Positions 16,061-28,646 of a stretch of 32,000 nt of DNA are shown here, piece by piece (the first letter of the stretch is position 1; every line of letters starts with the position of its first letter). Origin of the DNA: Chlamydiales bacterium (GTDB taxonomy: Bacteria; Chlamydiota; Chlamydiia; Chlamydiales; SM23-39); the NCBI GenBank assembly GCA_965261025.1, contig OZ253438.1:660001-692000 (forward strand), read 5' to 3'. The position numbers and the translations under genes were made by a program. The notes beneath the pieces are model-generated. The model saw nothing but the letters and a program-made list of their open reading frames with translations, ran no database searches and was not told where the DNA came from.

Positions 16061-17014
16061 ATGAGTCAGTTGGAGGAGCTTAAAAAGCTTACTACCATAG
16101 TAGCCGATACAGGGGATATCGATTCATTAGACCTTTATAAGCCGACCGACTCTACTACAAATCCTACCTTGATTTTAGATGCATCTCAAAAGACTTCCTA
16201 CCGCCCTTTAGTAGAAGAGGCAATTTCCTTTGGAAAAGCTAAAGGAAAAACAGCGGAGGAAAAACTTTCTCATGCACTCGACAAGGTTTTTGTCAATTTT
16301 GGTTGTGAAATCTTAAAAAAGATTCCAGGAAGAGTCTCTACCGAAGTAGACGCTAGACTTTCCTTTGATGTAGAGGGAAGCATTCAAAAAGCTACTTATC
16401 TCATTGAGCTCTATAAAAAAGCAGGTATAGATAAAAAAAGGGTCCTAATCAAATTAGCTTCCACTTGGGAAGGGATCCTAGCTGCCAAAGAGCTAGAAAA
16501 AAAAGGGATTCACTGCAACATGACACTTCTTTTCAGCCTACCTCAAGCAGCTGCGTGTGCAGAAGCAAAAGCAACTCTTATATCCCCCTTTGTAGGACGT
16601 ATCTTAGATTGGTATAAGAAAAATGTAAAACCAGAAGGATATTCTCCTTCAGAAGACCCAGGAGTCCTTTCCGTTACAGAAATCTATCATTATTTTAAGC
16701 AGTTTGACTATAAAACTCAGATTATGGGAGCCTCTTTTCGCAATAAAGAAGAAATCTTGGAACTGGCAGGATGTGACCTTCTAACTATAGCTCCTAAACT
16801 GTTAGAAGAGTTAAAACAGGAAAATAAACCCGTCATAAGAAAGCTACAACCAGAAAAATCCAATAAGCTAAAAAAACTTCCCTCAAGCGAGAAGATGTTT
16901 CGTTTCCTACTCAATGAAAATGCTATGGCAACGGAAAAGCTCTCTGAAGGAATCCGAAAGTTCTCCCAAGATATCCGAAAACTAGAAGATAACTTGCGAA
17001 AAAAGCTCTCTTAA
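16061..17014 (+). CDS. tal: Transaldolase
   Basis: It carries [34 protein letters not shown] and the Schiff-base lysine block [10 protein letters not shown]. The start is the ATG at 16061 with AAGGAG upstream. The track's TTG extension from 16010 is unlikely. Confidence 0.93.
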   Translation: MSQLEELKKLTTIVADTGDIDSLDLYKPTDSTTNPTLILDASQKTSYRPLVEEAISFGKAKGKTAEEKLSHALDKVFVNFGCEILKKIPGRVSTEVDARLSFDVEGSIQKATYLIELYKKAGIDKKRVLIKLASTWEGILAAKELEKKGIHCNMTLLFSLPQAAACAEAKATLISPFVGRILDWYKKNVKPEGYSPSEDPGVLSVTEIYHYFKQFDYKTQIMGASFRNKEEILELAGCDLLTIAPKLLEELKQENKPVIRKLQPEKSNKLKKLPSSEKMFRFLLNENAMATEKLSEGIRKFSQDIRKLEDNLRKKLS

Positions 17015-17216
17015 AAAAAATGTATTTTTTTCCCATCTTGCCTGTAAAACGTCTAAAGCTTTGCAGCTTCCTCTCTTTCATATTGATAAGCATTTTTTTG
17101 AAAAAAATTGGGTAGAACGAGATCATAACGTTAAATCAATACGTAAAACAGCTGACTGGATCATAAGAGAGAAAATGCCGTGCAAACTTTAGAAATGGGC
17201 TACAGAAGAGGCTGAT

Positions 17217-17580
17217 ATGGCAAGCTTCCGAAGTCGGATAAGCCTAAAGAAGATAGCCCTGAAAAGTCTCCAAACTCTATTTCACGGAAACTTATCCAAT
17301 ACTTGTGGAATTTTTCTGCTAAATATACAGAAAAAATTAGAAAATTACAGTTGAAATACCCAGAAGTAAATTTTCTAGAAATCAGCTCGAAAGACGATAG
17401 GAACCATATGTAGAAAAATTACGAAAAAACTATTTAATCTATGCCTATGTACTTATAGATCCAAGCACAGAGAATACAAAAGCCACCCATGCCTATGAGA
17501 AAGTAGGCTTTCCTAAACTAGAAAATTCCGAACCGAATAGATGCGCTGCTGATCCTGCAGGCTACTGCACCTTAAGATAA
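17217..17580 (+). pseudogene. Degraded GNAT-family N-acetyltransferase-like gene
   Basis: The last 59 codons (17401-17577, opening right after a TAG) read EPYVEKLRKNYLIYAYVLIDPSTENTKATHAYEKVGFPKLENS…. This contains the GNAT C-terminal signature IDPxxxNxxAxxxYEKxGF. Upstream pieces lie in two other frames (MASFRSRISLKKIALKSLQTLFHGNLSN… and …RKLIQYLWNFSAKYTEKIRKLQLKYPEVNFLEI…), each ended by a stop. No intact ORF of 60 aa or more is listed here. Confidence 0.5.
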
Positions 17581-17607
17581 AAACAGCCCACTCAACTATC
17601 CAATGAA

Positions 17608-17626
17608 ATAGGGAAAAAATCCCTAT
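17608..17626 (-). terminator. Hairpin just downstream of rpoC, a candidate terminator
   Basis: The stem pairs ATAGGGA with TCCCTAT (7 bp) around a 5-nt A/T loop. On the minus-strand RNA it is followed by UUCAUU, which is only a weak U-tract. Confidence 0.35.
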
Positions 17627-17636
17627 CCCTAAAAAG

Positions 17637-20600
17637 CTATCCTGCAACAGGAGTCACTTCAGAAAAATCAAACTCCAACCTTTCCTCATGCTCTCTATCA
17701 ATGTATTTTTTCACTTTCCTGTGCCGCTCAAACCCTGTACCTCCTGGAATCATATGACCCATGATCAAATTCGCCTTGAAATCAAAAAGGTGATCTATTT
17801 CTCCATTGCTTGCTGCATTCGTTAACACTCTAGTTGTTTCCACAAAAGAAGCCGCAGCAACAAACGAACCCGTTCCAAGAGCCGCTCTAGTAATTCCTAG
17901 AAGAACAGGAGTTGCCTGAGCCGGTTTTCCTCCCTCTGAAAGAGTTTTTCCATTTTGTTCGTGAAATTTCTTTTTATCGACGTCTTCACCATATAAGAAA
18001 GTAGTATCTCCTGGATCTGTTACCCGAACCTTTTGCAGCATTTGGCGCACAATGATTTCAATATGCTTATCATTGATGTCTACCCCTTGTAAACGATACA
18101 CTTCTTGGACCTGATTAACCAGATATTTCTGGAGTTCTCTCACGCCACAAATCTCTAAAATCTCCTGAGGTACCACAAGTCCTTCTGTAAGCTGCTGCCC
18201 TTTTACAACATGATCCCCTTTCTGTACTACCAAGTGTTTACTTAAAGGAATCAGATGTTCTTCTTCCATACCAGAGACCTCGTCTCGGATTACCACAATC
18301 AACTTACTTTTCTGAACTCCCCTAAAATCTACTACCCCGTCGAGTTTAGCAATCTCTGCGCTATCTTTTGGTTTTCTAGCCTCAAAAAGCTCTGCTACCC
18401 TCGGAAGTCCTCCTGTAATATCTTTAGTCTTAATTGCTCCTCTAGGAAGTTTTGCCAGAACCATCCCTGCCTTTACTTTCTGCTCTTCTTTTACAGAAAT
18501 TACCGCTCCCGATGGAATCGCATAAGTCCCTACCAGATCTTTATGTTCTTTATCGGAGTAGATAATGATTTGTGGGTGAAGCTCTCCTCTGTGCTGCTTA
18601 ACAATAAGCTCGGTTTGTCCCGTTTGCTTATTTACCTCTTTCTGAGTAGAAATTCCCTCAACCAAATCCTCATATTTCACATAACCGGGTTTCTCACAAA
18701 TAATAGGGCTACTGTGCTGTTCCCAGCCCCCAATCTTTACCCCTTTTTTTACATGAGCTCCGTCTTCAATATGAATTTCTGCTCCAAGCTCTAAATAAAA
18801 AGACTGCAAAGGTTCAATAGATTTTGTACGAAGTAGCTTCTTATACTCCTCTAAAGACCTTCCCTCTTCTCGCACAAGGTGGATCATTCCATTTTTATTT
18901 AAAACAAGCCAGTTCCCTTCCTCATTTTGCACTACACGAGTGTCCATGTAAATCACTAACCCGTCTTTTTCCGCAACTAACTCAGGAGTTACCGAAGCAG
19001 ACGCAATACCCCCTGTATGGAAAGTTCTCATAGTAAGCTGAGTTCCAGGTTCCCCAATAGACTGAGCTGCAATAATTCCTACTGCCTCTCCCATTCCCAC
19101 AATGTTCCCGGTTGCTAAATTGAGCCCATAACATTTAGCGCACACCCCTCTCTTTGCCTCGCAAGTCAGAGCAGAACGAATTTTCACAAGCTCAATTCCG
19201 GCGTCATCAATTTCTTCTGCTTGCTGACTTGTTAAAATATCTCCGGCTTTTGCTAAAATCTTTTCACTATCGCCTGGTTGATAAATCCCATCACAACAAG
19301 TCCTTCCAAAAATACGCTCTTTCAAGGAAAGAAGCTCTTCCTGCCCTTGTTTAATTGCTTCTATTTCAATACCATTTAAAGTTCCACAGTCCTCTTCTGT
19401 AACAATTACATCCTGAGAAACATCAACTAGTCTTCTTGTTAAATAGCCTGAATCTGCTGTTTTCAAAGCTGTATCTGCAAGACCTTTTCTAGCTCCGTGC
19501 GTAGAAATGAAGAACTCTAAAACCGTAAGCCCCTCCCGGAAATTCGAAAGAATCGCCGACTCCAAAATTTCCCCAGAAGGTTTTGCCATCAGCCCTCGTA
19601 GTGCTCCGAGCTGCTTCACCTGAGAACGGTTTCCCCTAGCCCCAGAATCTACCATTAAATGAATAGGATTGATTACTCCATTTTCAATCTGCTTCAACAT
19701 CTGGAAAAGTTCATCGGAAACCTCTTCAGAAACATCCGTCCATATACTAATGATCTTAGAATGCCTTTCTCCCTCTGTGATAATTCCATCTTCATACTGC
19801 TTCTTTACTTTCTCTACTTTTTTATTCGCTTCTTCTACAATTCTAGCTTTACTCTTTGGTATGTACAAATCTTTAATCCCTATAGAAAGAGCGGCTTTTG
19901 TTGCATAGGTAAAGCCAATATCTTTCAAACAATCCAAAAATTCTACCGTCTTCTCTAGCCCTACCTTTTTATTGCATTCGGTAACCAATTCTAAAAGCCT
20001 TTTCTTTCTAAGAGCATAGTTTTGAAAACCCAACTCTTTAGGGACATAGGAATTAAAAATCACTCTTCCCGGAGTAGTCTCAATGATATTGCCCTCAATA
20101 CGCACCTTGATTTTTTCATGGATAGAAATACCCCAACCAAGCCGATCCACTCTTTCCCCTTCTTTTACCTCCGGAGAACTTAGCTCAGAAATATGAATTG
20201 CTGAAAGAACCTCTTCTACGGAAGAGAAAATCTTTACTTTTTTCCCCTTTTCTTCCGGATTGTAGACAGGATCGTGCATCAAATAAAAAAGCCCCACTAC
20301 CATATCCAGAGAAGGAACCGCTACGGGTTTTCCCGAAGAAGGAAGGAAAATATTGTCCGTTGCCATCATCAAAAGCTTTGCTTCTAATTGCGCTTCTATG
20401 GAAAGAGGAACGTGAACTGCCATCTGATCCCCATCAAAATCCGCATTAAAAGCAGGAGTGACTAAAGGATGGATTCGTATCGCCTTCCCTTCTATTAAAA
20501 CCGGTTCAAAAGCTTGGATCCCAAGCCTATGCAAGGTAGGCGCCCTATTCAGCAAAATAGGATGGCCTTTAATGATCTCTTCTAAAACATCCCACACTTC

Positions 20601-21803
20601 AGGGGCTTGTCTTTGAATCATCTTCTTAGCGCTGCGAATTGTATACACGTAGTTTAAATCTTTTAATCTCTTCACAATAAAAGGCTCAAAAAGCTCCAAA
20701 GCCATCTGCTTGGGAAGCCCACATTGATTAAATTTTAACTCAGGCCCCACTACAATTACCGATCTTCCTGAATAATCTACCCTTTTACCTAAAAGATTTT
20801 GTCGAAAACGACCGCTCTTTCCTTTTAACATCTCTGAAAGAGACTTTAAAGGACGATTTCCCGCTCCCATAACCGGATGGCCATGACGACCATTGTCAAA
20901 AAGAGCATCTACAGCCTCTTGTAACATCCTCTTTTCATTTCGGATGATCACATCCGGAGTTTTTAACTTCAGAATAGATTTCAAACGATTATTTCTATTG
21001 ATTACCCTGCGATACAAATCATTTAAATCTGAAGCAGCAAATCTTCCTCCATCTAAAGGAACCAAAGGACGAAGATCAGGAGGTGTAACGGGAACACAGG
21101 ACAAAACCATGTCTTGTGCTTGATTGGAAGAAGCTGCCATGCCTTCCACAATCTTTAACCTCTTTGCAAGCTTTACCCTAGCCTGCATCGACTTAGTTTT
21201 TCGAAGCTTTTCCTTTAGCTCAAGCACCAAAAGAGAAAGATCTTCTTTTTGCAAAAGCTCATGAATTGCCTCCCCCCCCATCTTAGCAACAAAAGCATCA
21301 AAACCCCACTTCTCTTGCGCTTCTCTATATTCCACATCATTTAGAAGCTGTTTTTTCTCTAAATCGGTATGGCCTGGATCTATCACAACATGCTCTTCGT
21401 AATAAATCACTCTTTCCAAATCAGTAGTAGATATCCCTAAAATATTTCCGATCCTAGAGGGCATCGTTTTAAAAAACCAAATGTGAACTACAGGAACCGC
21501 TAAATCAATGTGAGCCATCCTCTCTCTTCTAACTTTAGATAGAGTTACTTCTACCCCACATCGATCACAAACAATCCCTTTATGCTTGATCTTCTTGTAT
21601 TTTCCACAAGCACATTCCCAATCTCGAGTAGGACCAAAAATCTTCTCACAAAAAAGCCCCCCCTTTTCAGGCTTAAAAGTTCGATAATTGATAGTTTCTG
21701 GTTTTTTTATCTCCCCTCTCGACCAACGATTTCGAATCACATCATCCGAGGCTATCTTGATGTGTAAACTATCAAATTGAGAACCTTGAAATTCTTCTGA
21801 CAT
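17637..21803 (-). CDS. rpoC: DNA-directed RNA polymerase subunit beta'
   Basis: The ORF is 1388 aa. It has the Zn-finger block [23 protein letters not shown], the catalytic motif [12 protein letters not shown] and the trigger-loop region. Confidence 0.97.
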   Translation of the reverse strand: MSEEFQGSQFDSLHIKIASDDVIRNRWSRGEIKKPETINYRTFKPEKGGLFCEKIFGPTRDWECACGKYKKIKHKGIVCDRCGVEVTLSKVRRERMAHIDLAVPVVHIWFFKTMPSRIGNILGISTTDLERVIYYEEHVVIDPGHTDLEKKQLLNDVEYREAQEKWGFDAFVAKMGGEAIHELLQKEDLSLLVLELKEKLRKTKSMQARVKLAKRLKIVEGMAASSNQAQDMVLSCVPVTPPDLRPLVPLDGGRFAASDLNDLYRRVINRNNRLKSILKLKTPDVIIRNEKRMLQEAVDALFDNGRHGHPVMGAGNRPLKSLSEMLKGKSGRFRQNLLGKRVDYSGRSVIVVGPELKFNQCGLPKQMALELFEPFIVKRLKDLNYVYTIRSAKKMIQRQAPEVWDVLEEIIKGHPILLNRAPTLHRLGIQAFEPVLIEGKAIRIHPLVTPAFNADFDGDQMAVHVPLSIEAQLEAKLLMMATDNIFLPSSGKPVAVPSLDMVVGLFYLMHDPVYNPEEKGKKVKIFSSVEEVLSAIHISELSSPEVKEGERVDRLGWGISIHEKIKVRIEGNIIETTPGRVIFNSYVPKELGFQNYALRKKRLLELVTECNKKVGLEKTVEFLDCLKDIGFTYATKAALSIGIKDLYIPKSKARIVEEANKKVEKVKKQYEDGIITEGERHSKIISIWTDVSEEVSDELFQMLKQIENGVINPIHLMVDSGARGNRSQVKQLGALRGLMAKPSGEILESAILSNFREGLTVLEFFISTHGARKGLADTALKTADSGYLTRRLVDVSQDVIVTEEDCGTLNGIEIEAIKQGQEELLSLKERIFGRTCCDGIYQPGDSEKILAKAGDILTSQQAEEIDDAGIELVKIRSALTCEAKRGVCAKCYGLNLATGNIVGMGEAVGIIAAQSIGEPGTQLTMRTFHTGGIASASVTPELVAEKDGLVIYMDTRVVQNEEGNWLVLNKNGMIHLVREEGRSLEEYKKLLRTKSIEPLQSFYLELGAEIHIEDGAHVKKGVKIGGWEQHSSPIICEKPGYVKYEDLVEGISTQKEVNKQTGQTELIVKQHRGELHPQIIIYSDKEHKDLVGTYAIPSGAVISVKEEQKVKAGMVLAKLPRGAIKTKDITGGLPRVAELFEARKPKDSAEIAKLDGVVDFRGVQKSKLIVVIRDEVSGMEEEHLIPLSKHLVVQKGDHVVKGQQLTEGLVVPQEILEICGVRELQKYLVNQVQEVYRLQGVDINDKHIEIIVRQMLQKVRVTDPGDTTFLYGEDVDKKKFHEQNGKTLSEGGKPAQATPVLLGITRAALGTGSFVAAASFVETTRVLTNAASNGEIDHLFDFKANLIMGHMIPGGTGFERHRKVKKYIDREHEERLEFDFSEVTPVAG

Positions 21804-21826
21804 TATCTTTTCCTCTTAAAACTTAA

Positions 21827-24800
21827 TTACTCATCCACATTTGCAAAATTTATATCTAAACAAAGTCCTTGTATCTCCTTTATGAGAACATTAAAAGACT
21901 CAGGAATTCCCGGCATCAAGACATTCGAACCTTTGACGATAGACTCATAAGCTCGCGTTCTTCCCTCCACATCATCCGACTTCACGGTAAGCATCTCTTG
22001 CAATAAATGGGCCGCTCCATAAGCTTCCAAAGCCCATACCTCCATTTCTCCAAATCTCTGGCCCCCCATTTGGGCTTTTCCTCCAAGAGGCTGCTGAGTA
22101 ACTAAAGAATAAGGACCAATGGCTCTAGCGTGAATCTTATCTGCCACTAAATGGCCTAGTTTAAGCATATAGATGTAGCCTACTACTACCCGGTTATCAA
22201 ATCTCTCCCCCGTTCTTCCATCATAAAGATGCAATTTCCCATCATCTGGAAGATCATGCTCCCTCATCATCTCCCAAATACGAGACTCTGGGAATCCTTC
22301 AAATACAGGAGTCTTTACAAAAACTCCCGCCTTTTTAGCAGCATATCCCAGGTGGGTTTCCAAAAGCTGTCCCATATTCATACGGGAAGGAACTCCAATA
22401 GGATTCAAAATAATTTCAATGGTTTCCCCAGTAGGAAGGTAAGGCATATCGGCCTCGGGAACAATGCGGGAAACAACCCCCTTATTTCCGTGCCTTCCGG
22501 CCATTTTATCCCCTACTTGTAACTTACGTTTCGTAGCAATATACACCTTCACTTGACGAATTACACCCGGGTCTAAATCAATGTCCCCTTTTTTCGTTAA
22601 CTCTAACTCTGTCTTATGAGCTGTCTGTACTACCTGTAAAGCATGCTCATATTCATGAAATGCTTTTTTTAGCTCTATATAAAGCTCATTTTCTGGCATT
22701 AAAAGATTCTCTACTTGCTCGTTTTCAAGCTGCTCCAATTTGTCTTGAGAAACAACCTCTCCTTCTTCGAGAAGGATCTCTCCCGTAATTCGATGCATAA
22801 TAGGAGCCGGTACCTCTTCATTCAATAAAATAGCTCCCACTTTCTCATGAAACGCTAAAGAAAGCTCTTCTAACTTTGTCTTATACTCTTGATGGATATC
22901 TTTTAACCGGGAAGCCTCCTCTACTAGCTCATCATCTGTCTTAGAAAGTCTGTCCCTTCTTGAAAAGACCTTTACATCCATTACAATCCCCTCTGTTCCA
23001 GGAGGAGCTATCAAAGAAGCATCTTTTACATCCGCTGCCTTTTCTCCAAAAATAGCCCGTAAAAGCCTTTCCTCAGGAGAAAGCTCGGTTTCCGATTTCG
23101 GGGTAATTTTCCCTACTAAAATATCACCAGGTTTTACCTCTGCCCCAATTCGAATAATCCCATCTTCCCCTAAATTTGCTAGAGCTTCTTCAGAAATATT
23201 GGGAATGTCTCGGGTAATCTCTTCTTTTCCTTGCTTGGTCTCCCTGGCAGAAATAAAAAACTCCTCTAGATAACCAGAGGTATAGGTATCTTCCCTTATA
23301 AGCTTTTCAGAAATAATAATCGCATCTTCATAGTTGTATCCAAGCCAGGGCATGAAAGCAACCAACACGTTTTTTCCCAAAGCTGTTTCTCCTAAGTCAG
23401 TAGCCGGTCCATCCGCAATAACATCCCCTGCCTTAATCTTTTGCCCCATAGAACAAATAGGTGTTTGATTAATCAAAGAGCCCGCATTCGAACGCATAAA
23501 CTTTTTCAAAAGATATTCCTTCTTTTGAGTAGGATTATCTTCGGGAGAAACTACAATCTTAAATCCATCTACATACTCAATCACTCCATTTTCTTGAGCA
23601 ATCAAGACAGCCCCAGAGTCTCTCGCTGTCCTGGCCTCTAAACCAGTTCCTACCAAAGGAGCCTCTGGCTTTAAAAGAGGAACCGCTTGCCTTTGCATGT
23701 TAGATCCCATCAAAGCCCGGTTGGCATCATCATGCTCTAAGAAAGGAATCAACCCAGCAACGATAGAAACCAGCTGCTTAGAAGAAACATCCATGTGAGT
23801 AATAAGCTTCGTATCTACTTGCATAGGCTCGCCTTTGTACCTAGCCCAACAAAGAGGTTCACTAAACATATGAAACTCATCCAAAGAAGCAGAAGCTTGC
23901 GCTATAACACATCTTTCTTCCTGATCAGCCGTCATATATTCAATCTCATTAGTAACTATCCCATCTCGAACAATACGATAAGGGGTTTCTAAAAAACCAA
24001 ATTCATTGATCTTAGCAAAAGAAGATAAGGAGGTAATCAAACCAATATTAGGACCTTCTGGAGTCTCAATAGGACAAACTCTCCCGTAGTGAGAGGGGTG
24101 AACGTCTCTTACTTCAAAACCCGCCCGATCTCGATTCAGCCCTCCAGGGCCTAAGCAAGAAAGCCTTCTTTTATGGGTTAGCTCAGAAATAGGATTTTGT
24201 TGGTCCATAAACTGAGAAAGCTGCGATCTACCAAAAAAATCCTTCAAAACACCCACTAAACCTTTTGCAGAAATAATTTTCCCCGGAGTCATTGTATCGG
24301 AAGAAAAATCAAACAGATTCATCCTCTCTTTAATAATCTTTTCCATACGAGCTAGACCTATGCGGCACTGATTTTGCACAAGCTCCCCTACAGAACGAAC
24401 TCTTCTGTTTGCTAAATGGTCAATATCATCAATGTAGGTCTTTTCATCTCCTTGCTTTAAACGGATTAAATACTTTAAAGCCTCAACAATATCCTCTTTC
24501 TTTAAAGTAACTGTTTCTAGCTCCTCATCCGTTATCGCAAAATCTAACTTGCTGTTTAACTTATAACGCCCTACTCTGCCTAAATTGTACCTTTTTGGAT
24601 CAAAGAAAAGACGCATCATGGTGGACCTTGCATTAGAAAGAGTCGCTGGTTCTCCGGGTCTTATCTTACGATAAAAATCCTTCAAAGCAGATTCGTAAGA
24701 ATCCGTAGGATCTTTAGAAAGCATCTTAATAATAGGGTGGCTTTCATCTGCATCTTGCGCAATTTTTACCGCTTCCACCCTCTCGTCTAACATCCTTTTT

Positions 24801-25603
24801 AGCATCGCCGTAGTAAGCTTTTCTCCCGCTTTGCCAAAAACAAGCCCTGTCTTTTCGTCAATGATATCTTCGGCTAATACCTTCCCTGCTAATTTGACAA
24901 AATCCTTCTCACTTTTGATCTTTTCTTTATAGGTTTCAAAAAACTCTTCTATAATGTCTGCATCAGAGGAAAACCCTAGAGTCCTTACAAAAGAAGTGGC
25001 TAACACTTTTCTCCTTCTTTTCTTTCGATCCACATAAATGAAAATCATGTCATTGATATCAAAAGACGCTTCTAACCAACTCCCCCGATAAGGAATGATA
25101 CGAAAAGAATAGAGCATTCCCCCTTTTGGATGCCTTTCCTGCTCGAAAGCAATTCCAGGAGAGCGGTGCAATTGAGAAACAATTACCCTTTCAGCTCCAT
25201 TAATAACGAAAGTCCCCTTCTCTGTCATAATAGGAAGGGTACCCATGTATACTTCCTCTTCCTTAATTCCCGTCTCATCGGTAAGACGGAACTTTACCCT
25301 CAAAGGAACATTATACGTGACCCCTCTACGAATACATTCTTCAGGATCATGTTTTGGCACTCCTAAATGATAAGATAAAAATTCGATAGTGGTCTTTTCA
25401 TCATAGGAAGTAATAGGAAAAATTTCGTTAAAAACCTCTTGCAAACCCTCATTGGTTCTCTCATGAGGTAGCTTCTCTGTCTGCAGGAACCGATTATACG
25501 ACTTAATCTGAATCTCTATCAGATTGGGCAGATCAATGATTTCTTCTTTTTCCTGAAAAGCAATCCTCTCTCGGAAAAGAGGCCGCATGTTTGATTTACG
25601 CAT
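21827..25603 (-). CDS. rpoB: DNA-directed RNA polymerase subunit beta
   Basis: It carries the conserved blocks [13 protein letters not shown] and [20 protein letters not shown] place the start at the ATG at 25603, preceded by TAGGAGAAAAA. The track's start at 25624 is a TTG extension. Confidence 0.97.
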   Translation of the reverse strand: MRKSNMRPLFRERIAFQEKEEIIDLPNLIEIQIKSYNRFLQTEKLPHERTNEGLQEVFNEIFPITSYDEKTTIEFLSYHLGVPKHDPEECIRRGVTYNVPLRVKFRLTDETGIKEEEVYMGTLPIMTEKGTFVINGAERVIVSQLHRSPGIAFEQERHPKGGMLYSFRIIPYRGSWLEASFDINDMIFIYVDRKKRRRKVLATSFVRTLGFSSDADIIEEFFETYKEKIKSEKDFVKLAGKVLAEDIIDEKTGLVFGKAGEKLTTAMLKRMLDERVEAVKIAQDADESHPIIKMLSKDPTDSYESALKDFYRKIRPGEPATLSNARSTMMRLFFDPKRYNLGRVGRYKLNSKLDFAITDEELETVTLKKEDIVEALKYLIRLKQGDEKTYIDDIDHLANRRVRSVGELVQNQCRIGLARMEKIIKERMNLFDFSSDTMTPGKIISAKGLVGVLKDFFGRSQLSQFMDQQNPISELTHKRRLSCLGPGGLNRDRAGFEVRDVHPSHYGRVCPIETPEGPNIGLITSLSSFAKINEFGFLETPYRIVRDGIVTNEIEYMTADQEERCVIAQASASLDEFHMFSEPLCWARYKGEPMQVDTKLITHMDVSSKQLVSIVAGLIPFLEHDDANRALMGSNMQRQAVPLLKPEAPLVGTGLEARTARDSGAVLIAQENGVIEYVDGFKIVVSPEDNPTQKKEYLLKKFMRSNAGSLINQTPICSMGQKIKAGDVIADGPATDLGETALGKNVLVAFMPWLGYNYEDAIIISEKLIREDTYTSGYLEEFFISARETKQGKEEITRDIPNISEEALANLGEDGIIRIGAEVKPGDILVGKITPKSETELSPEERLLRAIFGEKAADVKDASLIAPPGTEGIVMDVKVFSRRDRLSKTDDELVEEASRLKDIHQEYKTKLEELSLAFHEKVGAILLNEEVPAPIMHRITGEILLEEGEVVSQDKLEQLENEQVENLLMPENELYIELKKAFHEYEHALQVVQTAHKTELELTKKGDIDLDPGVIRQVKVYIATKRKLQVGDKMAGRHGNKGVVSRIVPEADMPYLPTGETIEIILNPIGVPSRMNMGQLLETHLGYAAKKAGVFVKTPVFEGFPESRIWEMMREHDLPDDGKLHLYDGRTGERFDNRVVVGYIYMLKLGHLVADKIHARAIGPYSLVTQQPLGGKAQMGGQRFGEMEVWALEAYGAAHLLQEMLTVKSDDVEGRTRAYESIVKGSNVLMPGIPESFNVLIKEIQGLCLDINFANVDE

Positions 25604-25762
25604 TTTTTCTCCTATTAATTGCAACGACGACGCAAGAATACCTGAGTTTTTTACAAAATTTCAAAAGACGGATACAAAGCCACCCTGCCTAAGGAAAAAA
25701 TCCCTCGGAAAAAGTCATTAACCCCCTTAGACAAAAAATAAAGGTAGGAAGAAAAGTCTCTT

Positions 25763-26158
25763 CTATAAGCCTTTTAAAGAAGCTTTGCCTCCCGCTTCAG
25801 CAATCTTCTTTACAATTGCCTCTGCCTCCGCCTTAGGAGCCGAATCCTTTAATGTCTTAGGAGCTTCTTCTACAAGCTGCTTTGCTTCCTTTAGCCCTAG
25901 GCTGGTAATCTCACGAACTACCTTAATGATTCCAATTTTTTTGTCCTGAGGAGCACTTTCTAAGGTAACTAGAAAATCGGTTGATTCAGCTGCTGCTTTG
26001 CTCTCCTGTTGCACAGGTCCTGCTACCACAGCTGCCGCTGCCTGCGCTTTTACTCCCCACTTCTCTTCCAAAGCCTTTTTTAAATTAGCCATATCCAAAA
26101 CGGTAAGCTGGCTAAGCTCCTCCACTAACTGCTCAATTTTTTGCTCTTTTGTACTCAC
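25763..26158 (-). CDS. rplL: 50S ribosomal protein L7/L12
   Basis: The ORF is 131 aa with an Ala-rich hinge and the C-terminal domain KIGIIKVVREITSLGLKEAKQLVE. It starts at GTG with GAGGT upstream. Confidence 0.95.
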   Translation of the reverse strand: MSTKEQKIEQLVEELSQLTVLDMANLKKALEEKWGVKAQAAAAVVAGPVQQESKAAAESTDFLVTLESAPQDKKIGIIKVVREITSLGLKEAKQLVEEAPKTLKDSAPKAEAEAIVKKIAEAGGKASLKGL

Positions 26159-26176
26159 TTTTTACCTCATTAATGT

Positions 26177-26689
26177 TTAACTTGACTTCGCTTTATTTTC
26201 TAAACAATACATAACACTTGTCAATAGCCCTTCTATTACAGAAAGAGTCTCAGCCATAGGTGCCTGTAAAGTACCCAAAAATTGGGCTCTCATCTCTTCT
26301 TGAGAAGGAAGTTCTGCTAGTTTTTTTACCTCGGCTGCCGTATAAAGTACATTCTCTGAGAAAGCAAAAATGGGTTTTATCCTATTTTCATTCTCCTCAT
26401 TAAACTTCACAACCTTCTTACTAGCCCCAATTACATCTTGACCTGCTAAGATAACTCCAATACTTCCTGATAAGTCAGATAGAGTGGACTCTATCTGCTT
26501 TTTTTGAAGCACCTTGAAAAAAATTCTCTTCTTTACTACTTCCAGGTCAGCTCCCACTTCTTTTAAAGAAGTACGAAAAGACCAAGATAAATTAGGTTCC
26601 ATTTTTTCATAAGAAACCACTACAAAAGAAGAATTTCCTTCCAGTTGTCCTTCTATCTCATCAAATAAATACTGCTTCTCTTTTCTCAT
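26177..26689 (-). CDS. rplJ: 50S ribosomal protein L10
   Basis: The ORF is 170 aa and lies between rplA and rplL. Its length and sequence character are L10-like. Confidence 0.88.
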   Translation of the reverse strand: MRKEKQYLFDEIEGQLEGNSSFVVVSYEKMEPNLSWSFRTSLKEVGADLEVVKKRIFFKVLQKKQIESTLSDLSGSIGVILAGQDVIGASKKVVKFNEENENRIKPIFAFSENVLYTAAEVKKLAELPSQEEMRAQFLGTLQAPMAETLSVIEGLLTSVMYCLENKAKSS

Positions 26690-26699
26690 GGTAGTTTCC

Positions 26700-27395
26700 C
26701 TATATTCCTAAAGAATTCACATCTATTTTTAATCCAGGACCCATGGTTGTAGATAGGTAGAGCCCCTTCATATAAACCCCTTTTGCAGTAGAAGGTTTTG
26801 CTCTTTGCACAGCCTGCAAAAAAAGGGCCAAATTTTCTAAAAGCGACTCCTTCTGGAAAGAAATCTTTCCTACAGCCGCATTCACTAACCCCGCCTTATC
26901 CACCTTAAACTCAATCTTCCCAGCCTTTACCTCTTGGATCGCTTTTTCCACATCATTGGTAACGGTTCCAGTCTTTGGGGTAGGCATAAGGCCTCTAGGT
27001 CCTAAGACTTTTCCTAACTTTCCCACTTCCCGCATCATTTCAGGTGTGGCAATAAGAGCGGTAAAATCTGTCCAACCCTGGCGAATTTTTTCACAAAACT
27101 CTTCTGCTCCTACATAATCTGCACCAGCCGCCTCCGCAGCAGCCGCTCTTTCTCCCTTGGCAAGGACTAAAAGAATAACCTTCTTTCCAGTCCCGTGGGG
27201 AAGGGAAACGGTTGATCTGACCTGTTGATCCGATTTTTTGGGATCCACTCCTAGCTTTAGAGAAACCTCCAGCGATTCATCAAATTTGGGAACAGGACAC
27301 CCTTTAAGTACTTCTACAGCCTCTTCCAACTTATAAGAGCGAGACTGATCTATCTGATGATCTATCTTCTTTAATCTTTTTGATCTCTTTGCCAT
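26700..27395 (-). CDS. rplA: 50S ribosomal protein L1
   Basis: The ORF is 231 aa. It has the L1 blocks [23 protein letters not shown] and [13 protein letters not shown]. Confidence 0.95.
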   Translation of the reverse strand: MAKRSKRLKKIDHQIDQSRSYKLEEAVEVLKGCPVPKFDESLEVSLKLGVDPKKSDQQVRSTVSLPHGTGKKVILLVLAKGERAAAAEAAGADYVGAEEFCEKIRQGWTDFTALIATPEMMREVGKLGKVLGPRGLMPTPKTGTVTNDVEKAIQEVKAGKIEFKVDKAGLVNAAVGKISFQKESLLENLALFLQAVQRAKPSTAKGVYMKGLYLSTTMGPGLKIDVNSLGI

Positions 27396-27409
27396 AACTC
27401 CTTACCTTA

Positions 27410-27835
27410 TCACGCAACAATGTCAATGCCCATAGAACGAGCTGTCCCTTCTACCATCCTCATGGCTGCCTCTAGAGAAGAAGCAGTCAAATCAGGCTTT
27501 TTCTTTTCAGCAATCTCTTTCACCTGTGCCTTAGTAATAGAACCAACCTTATCTCTATTGGGAACAGGAGAGCCTTTTTCCACTTTCACCACTTTCAAAA
27601 GCTGTTGGGCCACAGGAGGCTGTCTCATGATAAAGTCAAACGACTTATCTTTATAGACAAAAATCTCTACAGGCACTACCTCTCCTGCCATAGATTGGGT
27701 CTTTGCGTTAAACTCTTTACAAAAATTCATAATGTTTACTCCAGCAGAAGCTAAAGCAGGCCCTATCGGTCTTCCTGGATTTGCCTTTCCTGCCTGCACT
27801 TGGAGCTTGATTATTTTTACCGCTTTTTTACTCAT
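27410..27835 (-). CDS. rplK: 50S ribosomal protein L11
   Basis: The ORF is 141 aa. It has the blocks [34 protein letters not shown] and [13 protein letters not shown]. Confidence 0.95.
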   Translation of the reverse strand: MSKKAVKIIKLQVQAGKANPGRPIGPALASAGVNIMNFCKEFNAKTQSMAGEVVPVEIFVYKDKSFDFIMRQPPVAQQLLKVVKVEKGSPVPNRDKVGSITKAQVKEIAEKKKPDLTASSLEAAMRMVEGTARSMGIDIVA

Positions 27836-27841
27836 AGATTA

Positions 27842-28408
27842 CTATCCTTGATTCTCTTCATTTACCTGCTCTATCTGCCAGAATTCTAAATCATCTACTC
27901 TAGTATCTCTTCCAAATATGGAAACCATAACACTGACTCTACCTTTATCGTGAAATACCTCGATAACTGTCCCTACAAAGTTCACAAAAACTCCATCGGT
28001 AACCTTTACCTTATCCCCCACCTCTACTTTGTGCTTTTGGACCACTCCTTTTTTCTTCTCAGCTAAGTCAGATAGAATATCTTGCACTTCCTGATCAGTA
28101 AGCGCAGAAGGAGCTCCTCCTCCTAAAAAATCAAGGACCCCATTTGTATGCTTTACATAAGTGCATGCCTCATCTGTCATCTCCATTTTGACAAGAAGAT
28201 ACCCAGGCCACAGTTTTTTCTCAGAGATCTTCTGCTCTCCCCTTACCACTTCAGAAACATTCTCGGTAGGAATCAAAACCTCTGAAATTTGTCCTTCTAA
28301 TCCCTTAAGAAGTAAAAACTCCTCTAGATTTTTCTTTACCTTTTTCTCCAAACCAGAGACCACCTGCACAACATACCACTTATGCACAACTTCTATCCCC
28401 CTAACCAT
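27842..28408 (-). CDS. nusG: Transcription termination/antitermination factor NusG
   Basis: It has the NGN opening KWYVVQVVSGLEKKV and the KOW block GDKVKVTDGVFVNFVGTVIEV. I prefer the ATG at 28408 to the track's TTG at 28420. It overlaps the secE 3' end. Confidence 0.92.
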   Translation of the reverse strand: MVRGIEVVHKWYVVQVVSGLEKKVKKNLEEFLLLKGLEGQISEVLIPTENVSEVVRGEQKISEKKLWPGYLLVKMEMTDEACTYVKHTNGVLDFLGGGAPSALTDQEVQDILSDLAEKKKGVVQKHKVEVGDKVKVTDGVFVNFVGTVIEVFHDKGRVSVMVSIFGRDTRVDDLEFWQIEQVNEENQG

Positions 28409-28623
28409 CTCACTACCCAAGATACCGTATCCAGCCCACTTCGAACCAGCAAGTCCACTCCATAAATTACAAAACCAAAAGCAAGAACAGAAACCAATAC
28501 CACCTTGGTAGCCACCTGCAGGTCTTCTTTAGAAGTCCAGCTCACTTTTTTCAGCTCTTTCCGGACTTCAGAAAAATAGTTCTTCTTCTTCGTCTTCTGT
28601 ACTTTCGTCAAAGGTGTTGTCAT
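28393..28623 (-). CDS. secE: Preprotein translocase subunit SecE
   Basis: This is a small protein with a basic N-terminus, the block VRKELKKVSWTSKEDL and a single C-terminal TM (VVLVSVLAFGFVIYGVDLL). I prefer the ATG at 28623. The TTG at 28644 would sit 3 nt from the tRNA. Confidence 0.85.
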   Translation of the reverse strand: MTTPLTKVQKTKKKNYFSEVRKELKKVSWTSKEDLQVATKVVLVSVLAFGFVIYGVDLLVRSGLDTVSWVVRWLGG

Positions 28624-28646
28624 CTTTTCATACGTTGTTTTCAAAA

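Noticed and set aside
17092-17108. A/T-only palindromes: ATTTTTTT-G-AAAAAAAT here and ATTTTTT-AG-AAAAAAT at 30453-30468.
   Set aside because: These are homopolymer-run symmetries in AT-rich spacers. The stems would be pure A:U and unstable, so they are most likely low-complexity sequence rather than functional hairpins.
17637-25624. Numerous plus-strand ORFs of 60-179 aa inside rpoC and rpoB, for example 18255..18794, 19659..19958 and 22229..22522.
   Set aside because: They are antisense to very strongly conserved genes and rich in Phe/Leu/Ser/Arg, as expected from the reverse frame of AT-rich coding DNA. They have no start context, so they are shadow ORFs.
25625-25762. A possible rplL-rpoB attenuator hairpin (GAAGA-N6-TCTTC near 25748-25763).
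   Set aside because: The stem is only 5 bp and the T-run is displaced by about 10 nt. That is too weak to call from sequence alone.
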